NCBI GenBank assembly: GCA_946409855.1
Contig: CAMJXZ010000001.1
Span: forward strand, 1-42,808
Reading direction: 5' to 3'
DNA from: an uncultured Clostridia bacterium
Lineage (GTDB): Bacteria > Bacillota > Clostridia > Christensenellales > Aristaeellaceae
Length of the DNA: 42,808 bases
Part shown: one piece after another, positions 1 through 9,925 of the stretch
How the letters are laid out: every line of letters starts with the position of its first letter
Numbering within the stretch: the stretch's first letter is position 1
Position numbers and translations under genes: made by a program
Notes under the pieces: generated by a model
Database searches by the model: none
The model's input: only the letters and a program-made list of their open reading frames with translations
Told to the model about the DNA's origin: nothing

Positions 1-5
1 ATCAT

Positions 6-848
6 ATGCCGCAGAAAAAAACAGGCAAAACCCCAGCCGCGCGCATGAGCCCCCCGAATGCCCCCGCGGACGACGCCCCCATGACCGCGGAGGACTATCT
101 GGCGCTGGCCGATGAAGCCACCTCCGTCAAAAAGCGCCTGGAATATATCAAAAAAGCCCTGGAGCTGGAGCCGGACAACCTGTTCGCCCAGCTCATGGAG
201 GCGATTGAAAACGATGATCTCCTCAGGATGATCAGCCTCTCGGAACAGATGATCGCCCAGGAAGAAGCGTCCCTCCGCGATCAGGGCTATTTCAAAAAAG
301 AATGCATCGGGGATTTCTGGCTGATCTGGGAAACCAGGGACTACATGCGCATGCGCATAAAGCATCTGGGCATGCTGACCATGATCCACCGGCTGCGCGC
401 GGCGGTGGCGGAGGCAAAAGACCTGCTGCGCCTGTGCACCGGGGATAACGTCGGCGCGCGCTACATCCTGATGGGCCTGTACGTCGCCCTGGAAGAAAAG
501 GACGAACTGGAAAAGCTGCTCGGCCAGTACGACGAGGCAGGGCCGGAAACGCTGTTTGCCCGGTCCATGACGGCCTTCCGCTTTGGGGATATGGAGGAAG
601 CGCTGGCGCAGCTCAAAAAGATCCGCGTCTCCAGCCTGCGCTCCTTCATCCATGCCCTGCTGCGGGACGAGCTGGAAGAAACCTATCCGGAAGAGTTCGA
701 ATCCGTCACGTATGACGGCATCTACCAGTACAACACCATCGGGCATCTGATCGAGATCTGGGAGCAATGGGCTTTCCTGCTGCCGGATTCCTCAGCGTAT
801 CTGGAGTGGGCGTATGAAGCGCTCAAAAAGCCCCGGGTCAGATCATAA
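6..848 (+). CDS. hypothetical helical (possibly TPR-like) protein
   Basis: 280-aa ORF with normal amino-acid composition, co-directional with and 36 nt upstream of the next gene. Overlapping antisense ORFs (461..649, 722..1402) have the R/S/A/P-rich composition of shadow frames. No family recognised by eye. Confidence 0.55.
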   Translation: MPQKKTGKTPAARMSPPNAPADDAPMTAEDYLALADEATSVKKRLEYIKKALELEPDNLFAQLMEAIENDDLLRMISLSEQMIAQEEASLRDQGYFKKECIGDFWLIWETRDYMRMRIKHLGMLTMIHRLRAAVAEAKDLLRLCTGDNVGARYILMGLYVALEEKDELEKLLGQYDEAGPETLFARSMTAFRFGDMEEALAQLKKIRVSSLRSFIHALLRDELEETYPEEFESVTYDGIYQYNTIGHLIEIWEQWAFLLPDSSAYLEWAYEALKKPRVRS

Positions 849-884
849 CCGGATGCTTCGGACGTTATCATCGGAGGAACAGCC

Positions 885-2423
885 ATGCTATCAACCGTGC
901 TGAGCTGCGCGCTGAGCGGGGTGGACGGGATCCCGGTGCAGGTGGAGACGGATATCTCCGGCGGCAGCTTCGGGCTGGCGGTGGTCGGCCTGCCCGACGC
1001 CGCCATCCGCGAAAGCCGGGACCGGGTGATGCCCGCGCTGCGCAACAGCGGGTTTTTCTGCCCCTCCGGCCGGGTCACCGTCAACCTGGCCCCGGCGGAC
1101 CTGCGCAAGGAAGGCGCCGCCTTCGACCTGCCCATCGCCCTGTCCATCCTGGCGGCGACCGGGCAGATCCCCGAAAAGGCGCTGGACGGCATGCTGGTCT
1201 TCGGGGAGCTGGCGCTGGACGGCCGCTGCGGCGCGGTGCGCGGCGCGCTGCCGATGGTGCTTTCCGCCCGGGAACAGGGCCTCAAGGGGGTGATCCTCCC
1301 GGCGGACAACGCCCGGGAGGTGGCCGCCGTGGAAGGCGCCGTCATCTTTCCTGTGCGCACCCTGGCGGAGGCTGCCGCCCACCTGAGCGGCAGCCGGCCC
1401 ATCCCCTGCCAGATCCAGCTCAGTTTTGACGAGATCCGCAGCGCCCGGCCCGCCCCCGCCTACGACATGAAGGACGTCAAGGGCCAGCTGGGCGCCCGCC
1501 GGGCGCTGGAGATCGCTGCCGCCGGCGGGCACAACCTGCTGATGGTAGGCGTCCCCGGCAGCGGCAAAACCATGCTGGCCCGCTGCCTGCCCGGCATCCT
1601 CCCGGAAATGACGGCGCAGGAAGCCTTCGACGTGACCCGCATCCACTCCGTCGCCGGCCTTCTGCCCGCCGGCCAGGGGCTGATCACCGAGCGTCCCTTC
1701 CGCACCCCGCACCATTCCGCCTCCCTGCCCAGCCTGATCGGCGGCGGCCCGGACGCCCGGCCGGGGGAAATCTCCCTGGCCCACAACGGCGTCCTGTTCC
1801 TGGACGAGCTGCCGGAGTACCAGCGCACCGTGCTGGAAGCCCTGCGCCAGCCCCTGGAAGACGGGTTTGTGACCGTCAGCCGCGTCCGCGCCCGCACCCG
1901 CTACCAGGCCAACTGCATGCTGGTGGCCTCCATGAACCCCTGCCCCTGCGGCTACTACGGCAGCCGGGTCAAGCAGTGCCGGTGCAGCGAGCATGAGATC
2001 CGCCGGTACCTGGAGCGCATCTCCGGCCCCCTGCTGGACCGGATCGACCTGCAGGTGGAGACGGACGCCGTCCCGGTGGACGAGATCAGCCGCGGCGGGG
2101 AAAGCGAATCCAGCGCTTCCGTCCGCGGGCGGGTACAGGCGGCCAGGAAACGCCAGGTGGAGCGCTTCGCCGGCACTCTGATCACCTGCAACGCCCAGGC
2201 CACCGGCAGCGCCGTGCACGAGCTGTTCCCCCTGAGCGGCGCCTGCACCCAGGTGCTGCTCAAGGCGGTGGAAAAGCTTCACCTTTCCATGCGCGCCTAC
2301 ACCCGGGTGGTCAAGGTCGCCCGGACCATCGCCGACCTGGCGGGTGAGCCCGACATCGCCCCACAGCACATCCTGGAGGCGGTGCAGTACCGGACGCTGG
2401 ACGGGAAGTACTGGGGCAGCTGA
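885..2423 (+). CDS. comM: YifB/ComM family Mg-chelatase-like AAA+ ATPase
   Basis: N-terminal Lon-S5-like region (VQVETDISGG...PDAAIRESRDRV), Walker A GVPGSGKTMLA, Walker B VLFLDELPE, Cys-rich insert CPCGYYGSRVKQCRC, typical ~510-aa length. GGAGGAA RBS 6 nt before the ATG. Confidence 0.9.
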   Translation: MLSTVLSCALSGVDGIPVQVETDISGGSFGLAVVGLPDAAIRESRDRVMPALRNSGFFCPSGRVTVNLAPADLRKEGAAFDLPIALSILAATGQIPEKALDGMLVFGELALDGRCGAVRGALPMVLSAREQGLKGVILPADNAREVAAVEGAVIFPVRTLAEAAAHLSGSRPIPCQIQLSFDEIRSARPAPAYDMKDVKGQLGARRALEIAAAGGHNLLMVGVPGSGKTMLARCLPGILPEMTAQEAFDVTRIHSVAGLLPAGQGLITERPFRTPHHSASLPSLIGGGPDARPGEISLAHNGVLFLDELPEYQRTVLEALRQPLEDGFVTVSRVRARTRYQANCMLVASMNPCPCGYYGSRVKQCRCSEHEIRRYLERISGPLLDRIDLQVETDAVPVDEISRGGESESSASVRGRVQAARKRQVERFAGTLITCNAQATGSAVHELFPLSGACTQVLLKAVEKLHLSMRAYTRVVKVARTIADLAGEPDIAPQHILEAVQYRTLDGKYWGS

Positions 2424-2460
2424 ATCAGAACCGTTTCCGCACGACGTATGAGGTGCCGAA

Positions 2461-3831
2461 ATGCCAAGTGAATCTGAACTGCGGCCGCACCGCTGCTGCT
2501 TTCTGGGACACCGGCCGGAAAAGCTGGACCAATCCCCGGAAGAAGTGCGGGCATGGCTGGAAGAGCAGATCGACAGCGCGATCGCCGACGGATACACCAC
2601 CTTCATTTCCGGCTGCGCGATGGGCGTCGATATCTGGGCCGGGCAGATCGTCCTGCGCAAAAAGGCGACGCACCCGGCCCTCCGTCTGATCGCCGCCACC
2701 CCCTGGCCCGGCTTCGCCGGCCGCTGGAACGATGAATGGCGGCGGCAGTACAACGGGCTGCTCAAAAACGCCGATCTCGTCATCAACGTATGCGATCATT
2801 ATCATGACGACGTGTTCCGGCAGAGGAACGAGTGGATGGTCAATCACAGCAGCCGGGTGATCGCTTTTTGGAACGGCACGCCGGGAGGGACCAAAGACGC
2901 GATGGATTACGCCAAAAAGCAGGGCGTCCGCGTCGTCGCCAGCCTTCCGGGCGGGGAGAATCGTCTGAAAAGGGAACACAAGGCGGAGGCAACGCCGCCG
3001 CGCAGGCTTCCTTTTCCGGACAATCTCTTGACGGAAACAGGACTTTCGGCGATCTTCGGCGAGGCCAAATACACGGAGCTGTCGCCGGATCAGCGCAAAG
3101 GGCTTGCATACAGCATCGGGCTGCTGCCCCGGAAGGAAAGGGCGCTGCTTGAGTACCGCTACGGAGAGAGACGGACGCTGCAGGAGTGCGGCGAGCGCTT
3201 CGGCTTCAGCCGCCAGCGGGCGCATCAGATCTCGGAAAGAGCTCTCCGGACCCTGCGGTCCCCCGCCCGCGCCGCTTTCATCCGCGACGGCTACGAAAAG
3301 GCGGAGCTGGCGCTCCGGATCAAATGCGCGGAGCAGATGAAAAAAATCCTTTGTGCGCAGCAGAAGCGCCGCCCGCTGATGAACGAGGAAGACGTCGTCA
3401 AGCTGGTCTTTCAGGGGATGCTCGGCGTCGGGCACCTGATCCCCTCCGAGGAGCAGGCCCTTGAACAGCTCCGCGCCGAAATGAGCGGCCTGGCGCCGGA
3501 CGCGGACGAGCCGCTGACGGAAAAGGTCAGCCCGCAGTGGTTCCGGCTGAACCTCCGGGCCGCGAAGGCAAAAGGCCTGGCGGAAGCAGACATCGCCTGC
3601 ATGTTCTGCCGGTCCGCCGGGCGGGAGCCGCTGGCGTTCACGCGGCAGAACGTATACAACTTCTGCGTCAAGCTGGACGGGTCGGACAGGATGAAGGCCG
3701 CGGCAGAGAAGGTGCTGGACGGGTCCCGGCTGCCCGCCCATTCGGAACAGTACCGCGAGGCTTACCGCCCGGCTTACCGGGTGCTGCACTTCGACTTCCG
3801 GAAGCTGCGGCGGGAAGAGGACGAAGACTGA
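2461..3831 (+). CDS. SLOG (DUF1273/YpsA-like) domain fused to a sigma-70 region-4 HTH and an unrecognised C-terminal domain
   Basis: N-terminus CCFLGHRPEKL...ISGCAMGVDIWAGQIVL...RNEWMVNHSSRVIAFWNGTPGGT matches the YpsA/DUF1273 pattern. Middle segment LPRKERALLEYRYGERRTLQECGERFGFSRQRAHQISERALRTLR is a classic sigma-70 r4/LuxR-like HTH. The last ~170 aa are unassigned. Confidence 0.7.
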   Translation: MPSESELRPHRCCFLGHRPEKLDQSPEEVRAWLEEQIDSAIADGYTTFISGCAMGVDIWAGQIVLRKKATHPALRLIAATPWPGFAGRWNDEWRRQYNGLLKNADLVINVCDHYHDDVFRQRNEWMVNHSSRVIAFWNGTPGGTKDAMDYAKKQGVRVVASLPGGENRLKREHKAEATPPRRLPFPDNLLTETGLSAIFGEAKYTELSPDQRKGLAYSIGLLPRKERALLEYRYGERRTLQECGERFGFSRQRAHQISERALRTLRSPARAAFIRDGYEKAELALRIKCAEQMKKILCAQQKRRPLMNEEDVVKLVFQGMLGVGHLIPSEEQALEQLRAEMSGLAPDADEPLTEKVSPQWFRLNLRAAKAKGLAEADIACMFCRSAGREPLAFTRQNVYNFCVKLDGSDRMKAAAEKVLDGSRLPAHSEQYREAYRPAYRVLHFDFRKLRREEDED

Positions 3832-4103
3832 TCAAATGCACTCTTCATTCTGCTGTGTGTCTAGTCATCATCGCTCTCCTTTACGTTACTACTCCTGAAA
3901 TATCGCACGGCATTCTTCTGGGCAGATGCGATTCTCCACTCCTACGCAGCCGCGAAAGAGAAGGCTGAAGGTCTCTCATTTGGGAAAGAACCGCGTGCTG
4001 GATGGAGAATACTTGGGCTAAAACATGGATACATTTGACGTTACTTTATCAGAACAGTCAGTATTATTTATTCAATTTATATATTTGTATAGGTAGGATT
4101 TTT

Positions 4104-5144
4104 ATGAATCATGTAATCAAGAATATAATTCTAATAATGCTTTCTGCTATCTTTTTGTTATCATTAGTCTGTTTTCCCGCTTATTGTGTAAATGAAACAG
4201 AAAATCCGTCAAAAATACAAAAAGGGCTATTTGTTTACTTTGGACATTACGAACAAGATGATAATATAAATAATGGGCCGGAATCAATTGTATGGGAGAT
4301 TATATCAATAAACAAAGATAAAGCTTGGCTTATTAGTACTCATTGTTTAGAATTTATTCAGTTTAATGATAATATAAAAGAAAATCGATGGGAAAGAAGC
4401 ACTATTAGAAAATGGATGAATGAAGAATTCTTTTTTAAGGCTTTTTCCACCGAAGAACGGGATGCGATTGTTTTATCAAATAATTCCAATGCTTTTTCAA
4501 AACAGTATATAGAACATTACTCCCATTATAGCTGGATTCATAATACACCAGAGCCAAACACATATGATCAAGTTTTTTTATTGAGTACTAAGGAATACGA
4601 ATCATTTAAACCGCATCCATGTGATTATTCACAACATGTTAAAAACCAGATCGATAAAGAAGAGAAAATGTATAGATCTAGCAATTCCTTAAGAAATAGA
4701 TCATATTGGTTACGCTCTGAAAACTGGGATCCATGGAGTGTAGATACTGTATCATCAATAAATTTATCATCAAGCATGGTAAACTCAAATTGTTGCTTTC
4801 GTCCCGTAATATGTGTTAACAAAGAAAAATTGAACACGCTCGTAAAACCTTTTATATTGTCTTTTAACCCTTTTCTTTATGATTATTTCCGCGAATATAC
4901 TTATATGGAAGCTTTACAGATTTTACAAGAATCCGGGTTTACAAACATTTCTGTAATTGGAGAAACAACAAAAAAAGAATGGTTTATTACATACGAATGT
5001 TTAGTGGATAAAATTGCCGTGGGAAATGAAGTAGTATATTCGCGGGAACACATCTATAACTTTGTTCAAAACGGATTTCTTCCAGATACACCAATTACCA
5101 TATATATGAGTGAAATCGCAATTAATGGTAGTTTCGATTTTTGA
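4104..5144 (+). CDS. DUF6273-like secreted/membrane-anchored protein (AT-rich island cargo)
   Basis: Start moved to the ATG at 4104 (MNHVIKNIILIMLSAIFLLSLVCFPAYCV is a signal/anchor; AGGTAGGA lies upstream). The body shows the DUF6273 pattern YFGHYEQ...IVWEII...STIRKWMNEEFF..FS..E...VFLLSTKEYE...YWLRS. Codon usage is strongly AT-biased, unlike all neighbours. Confidence 0.65.
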   Translation: MNHVIKNIILIMLSAIFLLSLVCFPAYCVNETENPSKIQKGLFVYFGHYEQDDNINNGPESIVWEIISINKDKAWLISTHCLEFIQFNDNIKENRWERSTIRKWMNEEFFFKAFSTEERDAIVLSNNSNAFSKQYIEHYSHYSWIHNTPEPNTYDQVFLLSTKEYESFKPHPCDYSQHVKNQIDKEEKMYRSSNSLRNRSYWLRSENWDPWSVDTVSSINLSSSMVNSNCCFRPVICVNKEKLNTLVKPFILSFNPFLYDYFREYTYMEALQILQESGFTNISVIGETTKKEWFITYECLVDKIAVGNEVVYSREHIYNFVQNGFLPDTPITIYMSEIAINGSFDF

Positions 5145-5297
5145 TTTCATGAAAAAAGCAAAAAAGGCAAAAGGCCAATTTTTAATCGACTAGCAGAAAC
5201 CACTATTTGTTTTGTAAACATAAGCAAAGAAATTTTTTGTGGTGATTCGTTTATAACCATTCTCATTTTCCCAAAACTAAACAAGAGAAAGAAAAAT

Positions 5298-5774
5298 ATG
5301 TCCGGCATCACAAGAGACGAAAACGGCGCGTACCGCTGGTACGGCGTGATCGACAGCGGGTATGAGCGCAAGACCTTTCGGATCGTGTTCGGCGTGTGCG
5401 GCGGGATCTGCGTCCTCTTCCTGATCATGAGCGCCGTCCTGGGCGGCGAAATGCTGAGGGTTACGCTGCTTTCGTCCCTGGGGGTGATGGCGGTGGCCGG
5501 GGGCGTCTGCCGGCTGTTCGGCCGCAATGCCGGGCACCGGACGCAGGGCTACATCATGACGGAAGACAGCGTCCTGTTCATGCAGAGAAGGGCCAACGCG
5601 CCCATTTCCTTTGGGAGCGTCCGGAAAGCCGTCGTATATCCTGCCCGCGATATGATCGAGCTGTTTGAGGCCGCCGGTTCCGGGCCGGTATTCGCGCCGC
5701 ACGAAGATTTCGCCTTCGTGAAGGACTTCATCCTGCAGCGTCTGCCGCGGGCCGCGGTCATCGAGTACAGATAA
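5298..5774 (+). CDS. small membrane protein, function unknown
   Basis: 158-aa ORF with two hydrophobic helices (FRIVFGVCGGICVLFLIMSAVLGG, VTLLSSLGVMAVAGGVC) followed by a soluble domain. Composition returns to high GC exactly here. The RBS is weak. Confidence 0.5.
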   Translation: MSGITRDENGAYRWYGVIDSGYERKTFRIVFGVCGGICVLFLIMSAVLGGEMLRVTLLSSLGVMAVAGGVCRLFGRNAGHRTQGYIMTEDSVLFMQRRANAPISFGSVRKAVVYPARDMIELFEAAGSGPVFAPHEDFAFVKDFILQRLPRAAVIEYR

Positions 5775-5854
5775 ACCGGCCGGCAGCGGACAAAAAAAGC
5801 CGGAACGCGCCGTCCCGCCGGAACCTCAATATGAAAAAAGGAGCGTAAAGCGCA

Positions 5855-6796
5855 ATGACGAACCAGGCCCTGCAGAAGCTTTATTTCGGCGCCTATTCTT
5901 TCCGGGAAACGGAGGACGGGTGGCTCCAGGCCTTCCAGTATTCGGAGGAACAGATGGCCTATTTCCGGACCGCCTTTGACTTCTGGTACGACCGGTGCAT
6001 GGCCACCACCGCGAAAACGCTGGAAATGACCACCGGCGCGCGGACCGTTTCCTTCGACTACAGGCTGATCTGGGAAGGGTCGCAGGATTCCTTCGAGCTG
6101 GCGGTCGGCGGGCTGATCACGGACATCCGGTATGTGAAGGATCTCCCGAAGGAAGGCACCCTGCGCTGGACGCTGCCGGCGGGAGAAAAGGACGCGGTCT
6201 TCTACCTGCCGGCGGACGCCACCGTGCTGATCCGGAACTTTGAGGCGGATGGCGCCTGCACGCCGGCCCGGAAAAACGAAAAGGTGCTCTGGCTCGGGGA
6301 TTCCATCACCCAGGGCTACGGCCCCCTGCGTTCCGCGCAGACCTACGTCAGCGTGGCCAACCGGCTGCTGAACTGGGACATCCTCAACCAGGGCATCGGC
6401 GGGTACGTCTACGACAAAAAGTCCCTGATGAGGATGGAGGGCTACACGCCGGACAAAATCGTCGTGGCCCTGGGCACCAACCAGTTCGGCTGCGACACCA
6501 TGAAGGACGTGGAGGAGTATTACGAAACCCTGACCGCGCTGTACGGAAAGACCCCGGTCCTCTGCGTCACGCCCCTGTGGCGCGGCGACGTGCCGGACGG
6601 GCTGCCGACCCTGACCCGGTTCTGTGAGAACGTGAAAAAAATCGCCGGCCGCTATCCCCAGGTCACCGTCGTGGACGGGTTTTCCCTGGTGCCCCACCTG
6701 CCCGAGTATTTCCTGGACAACCTCCACCCCAACGCCCTGGGCGCCGAGGTCTACGGCCGGAACCTGGTGGAGGCCATCCGGAAGCTTCATTTCTGA
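5855..6796 (+). CDS. SGNH/GDSL-family hydrolase with N-terminal accessory domain
   Basis: Block I motif VLWLGDSITQGYG, C-terminal DNLHPN (block V D-x-x-H), AAGGAG RBS upstream. Confidence 0.75.
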   Translation: MTNQALQKLYFGAYSFRETEDGWLQAFQYSEEQMAYFRTAFDFWYDRCMATTAKTLEMTTGARTVSFDYRLIWEGSQDSFELAVGGLITDIRYVKDLPKEGTLRWTLPAGEKDAVFYLPADATVLIRNFEADGACTPARKNEKVLWLGDSITQGYGPLRSAQTYVSVANRLLNWDILNQGIGGYVYDKKSLMRMEGYTPDKIVVALGTNQFGCDTMKDVEEYYETLTALYGKTPVLCVTPLWRGDVPDGLPTLTRFCENVKKIAGRYPQVTVVDGFSLVPHLPEYFLDNLHPNALGAEVYGRNLVEAIRKLHF

Positions 6797-6872
6797 CCCG
6801 CCGGCAAAGCGGAGCCGCCGCGCCGGAAGAGGATTCCCCCGCGCCGCCGGGAACGTAAAAAAGGAGCGAAGG

Positions 6873-7853
6873 ATGAACCTGAACGAACTGGACGCCTGCG
6901 TCCGGGAAAAAGAACCGAACATCTGCCAGATCTGCGTCCGGAAGGACGGGGAAGAAATTTATTCCCGGGAATGGAACGGATATAAAAAGACGGACACGGC
7001 GCACATCATGTCCGCCACGAAAAGCGTTTTCAGCCTTCTGACCGGCATCGCCTTAGACCTTGGCATGATCCGTTCCACGGAAGAAAAGGTCCTTTCTTTC
7101 TTCCCGGATTATCCGGTCAGGCGCGGGGAAAAGACGATTCAGGACGTCACCCTCCGGCACCTGCTTTCGATGCGCGCGCCGTACAAGGGAAAGGGCGACC
7201 CCTGGACCAAAGTGTGTTCCAGCGAAAACTGGACGTTTGCCTCGCTTGATTTTCTGGGCGGAAAAAGGGGCGTCACCGGCGCGTTCGATTACCGGACGGT
7301 CTGTCTGCACATTCTGTCCGGCATCCTGTACCGGGCTTCCGGCATGAAGCCGGTGGATTTTGCCAACCGGTTTCTCTTTGAACCGCTGGGGATCCCAAAG
7401 CACCGGAACTATTATGCCCGGAGCGCGGAGGAGCACAGACAGTTCACCATCGGGAAATCGCCGAAAGAAAACATCTGGTTTGCCGACCCGGAAGGGCTCG
7501 GGACGCCGGGGTACGGGCTTTGCATGAGCGCGGAAGACATGGCAAAAATCGGCCAGCTTTGCCTGAACCGGGGAACCTGGGAAGGAAAACAAATCGTCTC
7601 CGGAGAATGGATCGAAAAGATGACCCGACCGCAGCCGGTCGAAAGCAGCGCCTTCCGCGGGATGCAGTACGGCCTGCTGTGGTGGATCATCCGCCCGGGG
7701 AAAAACGTGTACGCCGCCATCGGGAACAGCGGCAACGTGATTTACGTGGATCCGGCCCGGGGCGTCACCGCCGCGGTATCTTCCTTCTTTAAGCCCACCG
7801 TATTCGACCGGGTGGATTTTATCGAAGACATCCTGCTTCCCTGCTTCCGGTAA
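6873..7853 (+). CDS. serine hydrolase, beta-lactamase/PBP-like family
   Basis: S-x-x-K nucleophile motif (MSATKSVFSLLTGIAL), typical ~325-aa length, AAGGAG RBS. Confidence 0.75.
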   Translation: MNLNELDACVREKEPNICQICVRKDGEEIYSREWNGYKKTDTAHIMSATKSVFSLLTGIALDLGMIRSTEEKVLSFFPDYPVRRGEKTIQDVTLRHLLSMRAPYKGKGDPWTKVCSSENWTFASLDFLGGKRGVTGAFDYRTVCLHILSGILYRASGMKPVDFANRFLFEPLGIPKHRNYYARSAEEHRQFTIGKSPKENIWFADPEGLGTPGYGLCMSAEDMAKIGQLCLNRGTWEGKQIVSGEWIEKMTRPQPVESSAFRGMQYGLLWWIIRPGKNVYAAIGNSGNVIYVDPARGVTAAVSSFFKPTVFDRVDFIEDILLPCFR

Positions 7854-7901
7854 ACAGACCCCCGCTTCCGGGCGGTGAATAAAATACACAGGAGGCCCCG
7901 C

Positions 7902-8738
7902 TTGATCGAAAAATGGAAAATCCCCGTCTGGCCGGTGACCGGGCGGGAGCCCAGAACCGTATATGTCTATCTGCCCGCGGCCGCGGCCCGGGACGGGGAC
8001 GAGCGGTTTCCCGTCCTGTACATGTTCGACGGGCACAACGTGTTCTTTGATGAGGACGCCACCTACGGCAAGAGCTGGGGCATGGGCGAATATCTGGACT
8101 GGACGGACACCGGCCTGATCGTCGTCGCGGTGGACTGCAACCACCGCCCGCCCCGGGGCCGGCTCAACGAATACTCCCCCTTCACCTTCGACGACCCGTA
8201 CTTCGGCCATGTCACGGGATACGGACGGCGTTTCATGCGCTGGCTGACGGAAACCCTCAAGCCGGTCATCGACAGCCGCTACCCGACCCTGCCGCAGCGC
8301 GAAACGACCTGGATCGCCGGCTCTTCCATGGGCGGGCTGATGAGCCTTTTCGCCGTCAGCGAGTTCAATCACGTCTTCTCCCGCGCCGCGGCGCTGTCGC
8401 CCTCCGTATGGGCGGGCCGCGGCCGGATGGAACAGCTGATCCGCAGAACGTCCTTCGGGCCGGACACCGTCGTCTACATGGATTACGGCTCGGAGGAGGC
8501 CCGGGGGCAGGCCCAAACGACCGGATGCTTCTGGCGCTGCGCCGGCGCGCTGGCGGACAAGGGCGTATTCCTGACCGCGCGGATCGTGCCGGACGGCCGG
8601 CACTGCGAAGCCTGCTGGGAACAGCAGATCCCCATTTTCCTGCCGGCGCTCATGTATTCCCCTCCCGTCCCGGACCCTCCGGGAACCGAAGAATCCACCC
8701 AAGCCGAAGAAACAGACGAAAGGAATGAAGACCCATGA
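7902..8738 (+). CDS. alpha/beta hydrolase, esterase family (esterase D / enterochelin-esterase-like)
   Basis: Nucleophile elbow IAGSSMGGLMS and the YMFDGHNVF...YGKSWG pattern of the putative-esterase family. TTG at 7902 sits 6 nt after AGGAGG and is preferred over the GTG at 7875 given by the ORF track. The stop overlaps the next start (ATGA). Confidence 0.7.
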   Translation: MIEKWKIPVWPVTGREPRTVYVYLPAAAARDGDERFPVLYMFDGHNVFFDEDATYGKSWGMGEYLDWTDTGLIVVAVDCNHRPPRGRLNEYSPFTFDDPYFGHVTGYGRRFMRWLTETLKPVIDSRYPTLPQRETTWIAGSSMGGLMSLFAVSEFNHVFSRAAALSPSVWAGRGRMEQLIRRTSFGPDTVVYMDYGSEEARGQAQTTGCFWRCAGALADKGVFLTARIVPDGRHCEACWEQQIPIFLPALMYSPPVPDPPGTEESTQAEETDERNEDP

Positions 8739-9925
8739 AGAATTTTGTTTTTATCTCGCCGAATTTCCCGGCCAACTACCAGATGTTCTGCCGGGAGCTC
8801 AAAGCCAACGGCCTCCGCGTGCTGGGGATCGGGGACTGCCCGTATGACGGGCTGACGCAAGCGCTCCGGGAGAGCCTGACGGAATACTACAAGGTCGGCT
8901 CCCTGGAAAACTATGACGAGGTCTACCGCGCCGTCGCCTATTTCATCAGCCGGTACGGACGGATCGACTGGCTGGAGAGCAACAACGAGTACTGGCTCAC
9001 CCACGACGCGATGCTGCGGACGGACTTCCGCATCACCAGCGGCTGGCAGACGGAAGACCTCAGGCGGATCCGCTACAAGAGCGGGATGAAGGAATACTAC
9101 CGGCGGGCGGGCATCCCCGCGGCCCGCTGGCACATCGTGGACGATTTTGACGGCTGCATGGCCTTTATCCGGGATACCGGCTGGCCCGTGATCGCCAAGC
9201 CGGACGACGGCGTCGGCGCTTCGGATACGCACAAGCTGACCTGCGAGGAAGACCTCCGGGCGTTTCTTGCCGGGAAGCGGCCGGAAGTCTCCTATATCAT
9301 GGAGGAATTCATCACCGGGCGGACCATCAGCTACGACGCCATCCTGGACAGCAACGGCGACCCGCTCTTTGAGACCGGCAACGTGACCCCGATGCCGATC
9401 ATGGACATCGTCAACAACCAGGACAACACCCTGTTCTATATCCTCAAGGACCTGCCGGACGACGTGCGCGCTTTCGGCCGCGCCGCGGCCAAAAGCTTCG
9501 GCGTGCGCAGCCGGTTCGTGCACTTTGAGTTTTTCCGCCTGACCTGCGACCAGCCCATGGGCAGGGCCGGGGACGTGGTCGCGCTGGAAGTGAACATGCG
9601 GCCCAGCGGCGGCTATTCCCCGGACATGATGAACTTCGCCAATTCCACCGACGTATACAAGATCTGGGCGGACATGATCGCCTTCGACCGTTCCACGAAG
9701 CCGGAAGGGGAGCATTATTACTGCGCCTTCGCCGGCCGGCGGGACAAAAAGCATTTCGCCCTGTCCCATGAAGCGCTGTGCGCGAAGTACGCCGAACAGC
9801 TGCGGATGGTGGAGCGCACCCCCGAAGCCCTTTCCGGGGCCATGAGCGACCAGATGTACCTGGCCGTGTTCCCGACCGAGGAAGAGATGTTCGCGTATTT
9901 CGACGACGTGAGCCGGGAAGCGTAA
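8735..9925 (+). CDS. ATP-grasp domain protein (carboxylate-amine ligase-like)
   Basis: WPVIAKPDDGVGASDTHKL (ATP-grasp phosphate-binding strand) and VALEVNMRPSGG (E-x-N Mg site). Translationally coupled to the upstream esterase. Confidence 0.7.
   Translation: MKNFVFISPNFPANYQMFCRELKANGLRVLGIGDCPYDGLTQALRESLTEYYKVGSLENYDEVYRAVAYFISRYGRIDWLESNNEYWLTHDAMLRTDFRITSGWQTEDLRRIRYKSGMKEYYRRAGIPAARWHIVDDFDGCMAFIRDTGWPVIAKPDDGVGASDTHKLTCEEDLRAFLAGKRPEVSYIMEEFITGRTISYDAILDSNGDPLFETGNVTPMPIMDIVNNQDNTLFYILKDLPDDVRAFGRAAAKSFGVRSRFVHFEFFRLTCDQPMGRAGDVVALEVNMRPSGGYSPDMMNFANSTDVYKIWADMIAFDRSTKPEGEHYYCAFAGRRDKKHFALSHEALCAKYAEQLRMVERTPEALSGAMSDQMYLAVFPTEEEMFAYFDDVSREA

Noticed and set aside
891-2786. 631-aa minus-strand ORF covering the whole comM region
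   Set aside because: The translation is extremely G/A/R/P/Q/H-rich and low in complexity, typical of the antisense frame of a GC-rich gene. The plus strand encodes a full-length ComM/YifB with all motifs.
4002-4103. Upstream extension of the DUF6273-like ORF (start at 4002)
   Set aside because: The extension encodes an implausible aromatic-rich peptide ahead of a clear signal/anchor sequence that starts at the ATG at 4104, which has a purine-rich RBS-like element.
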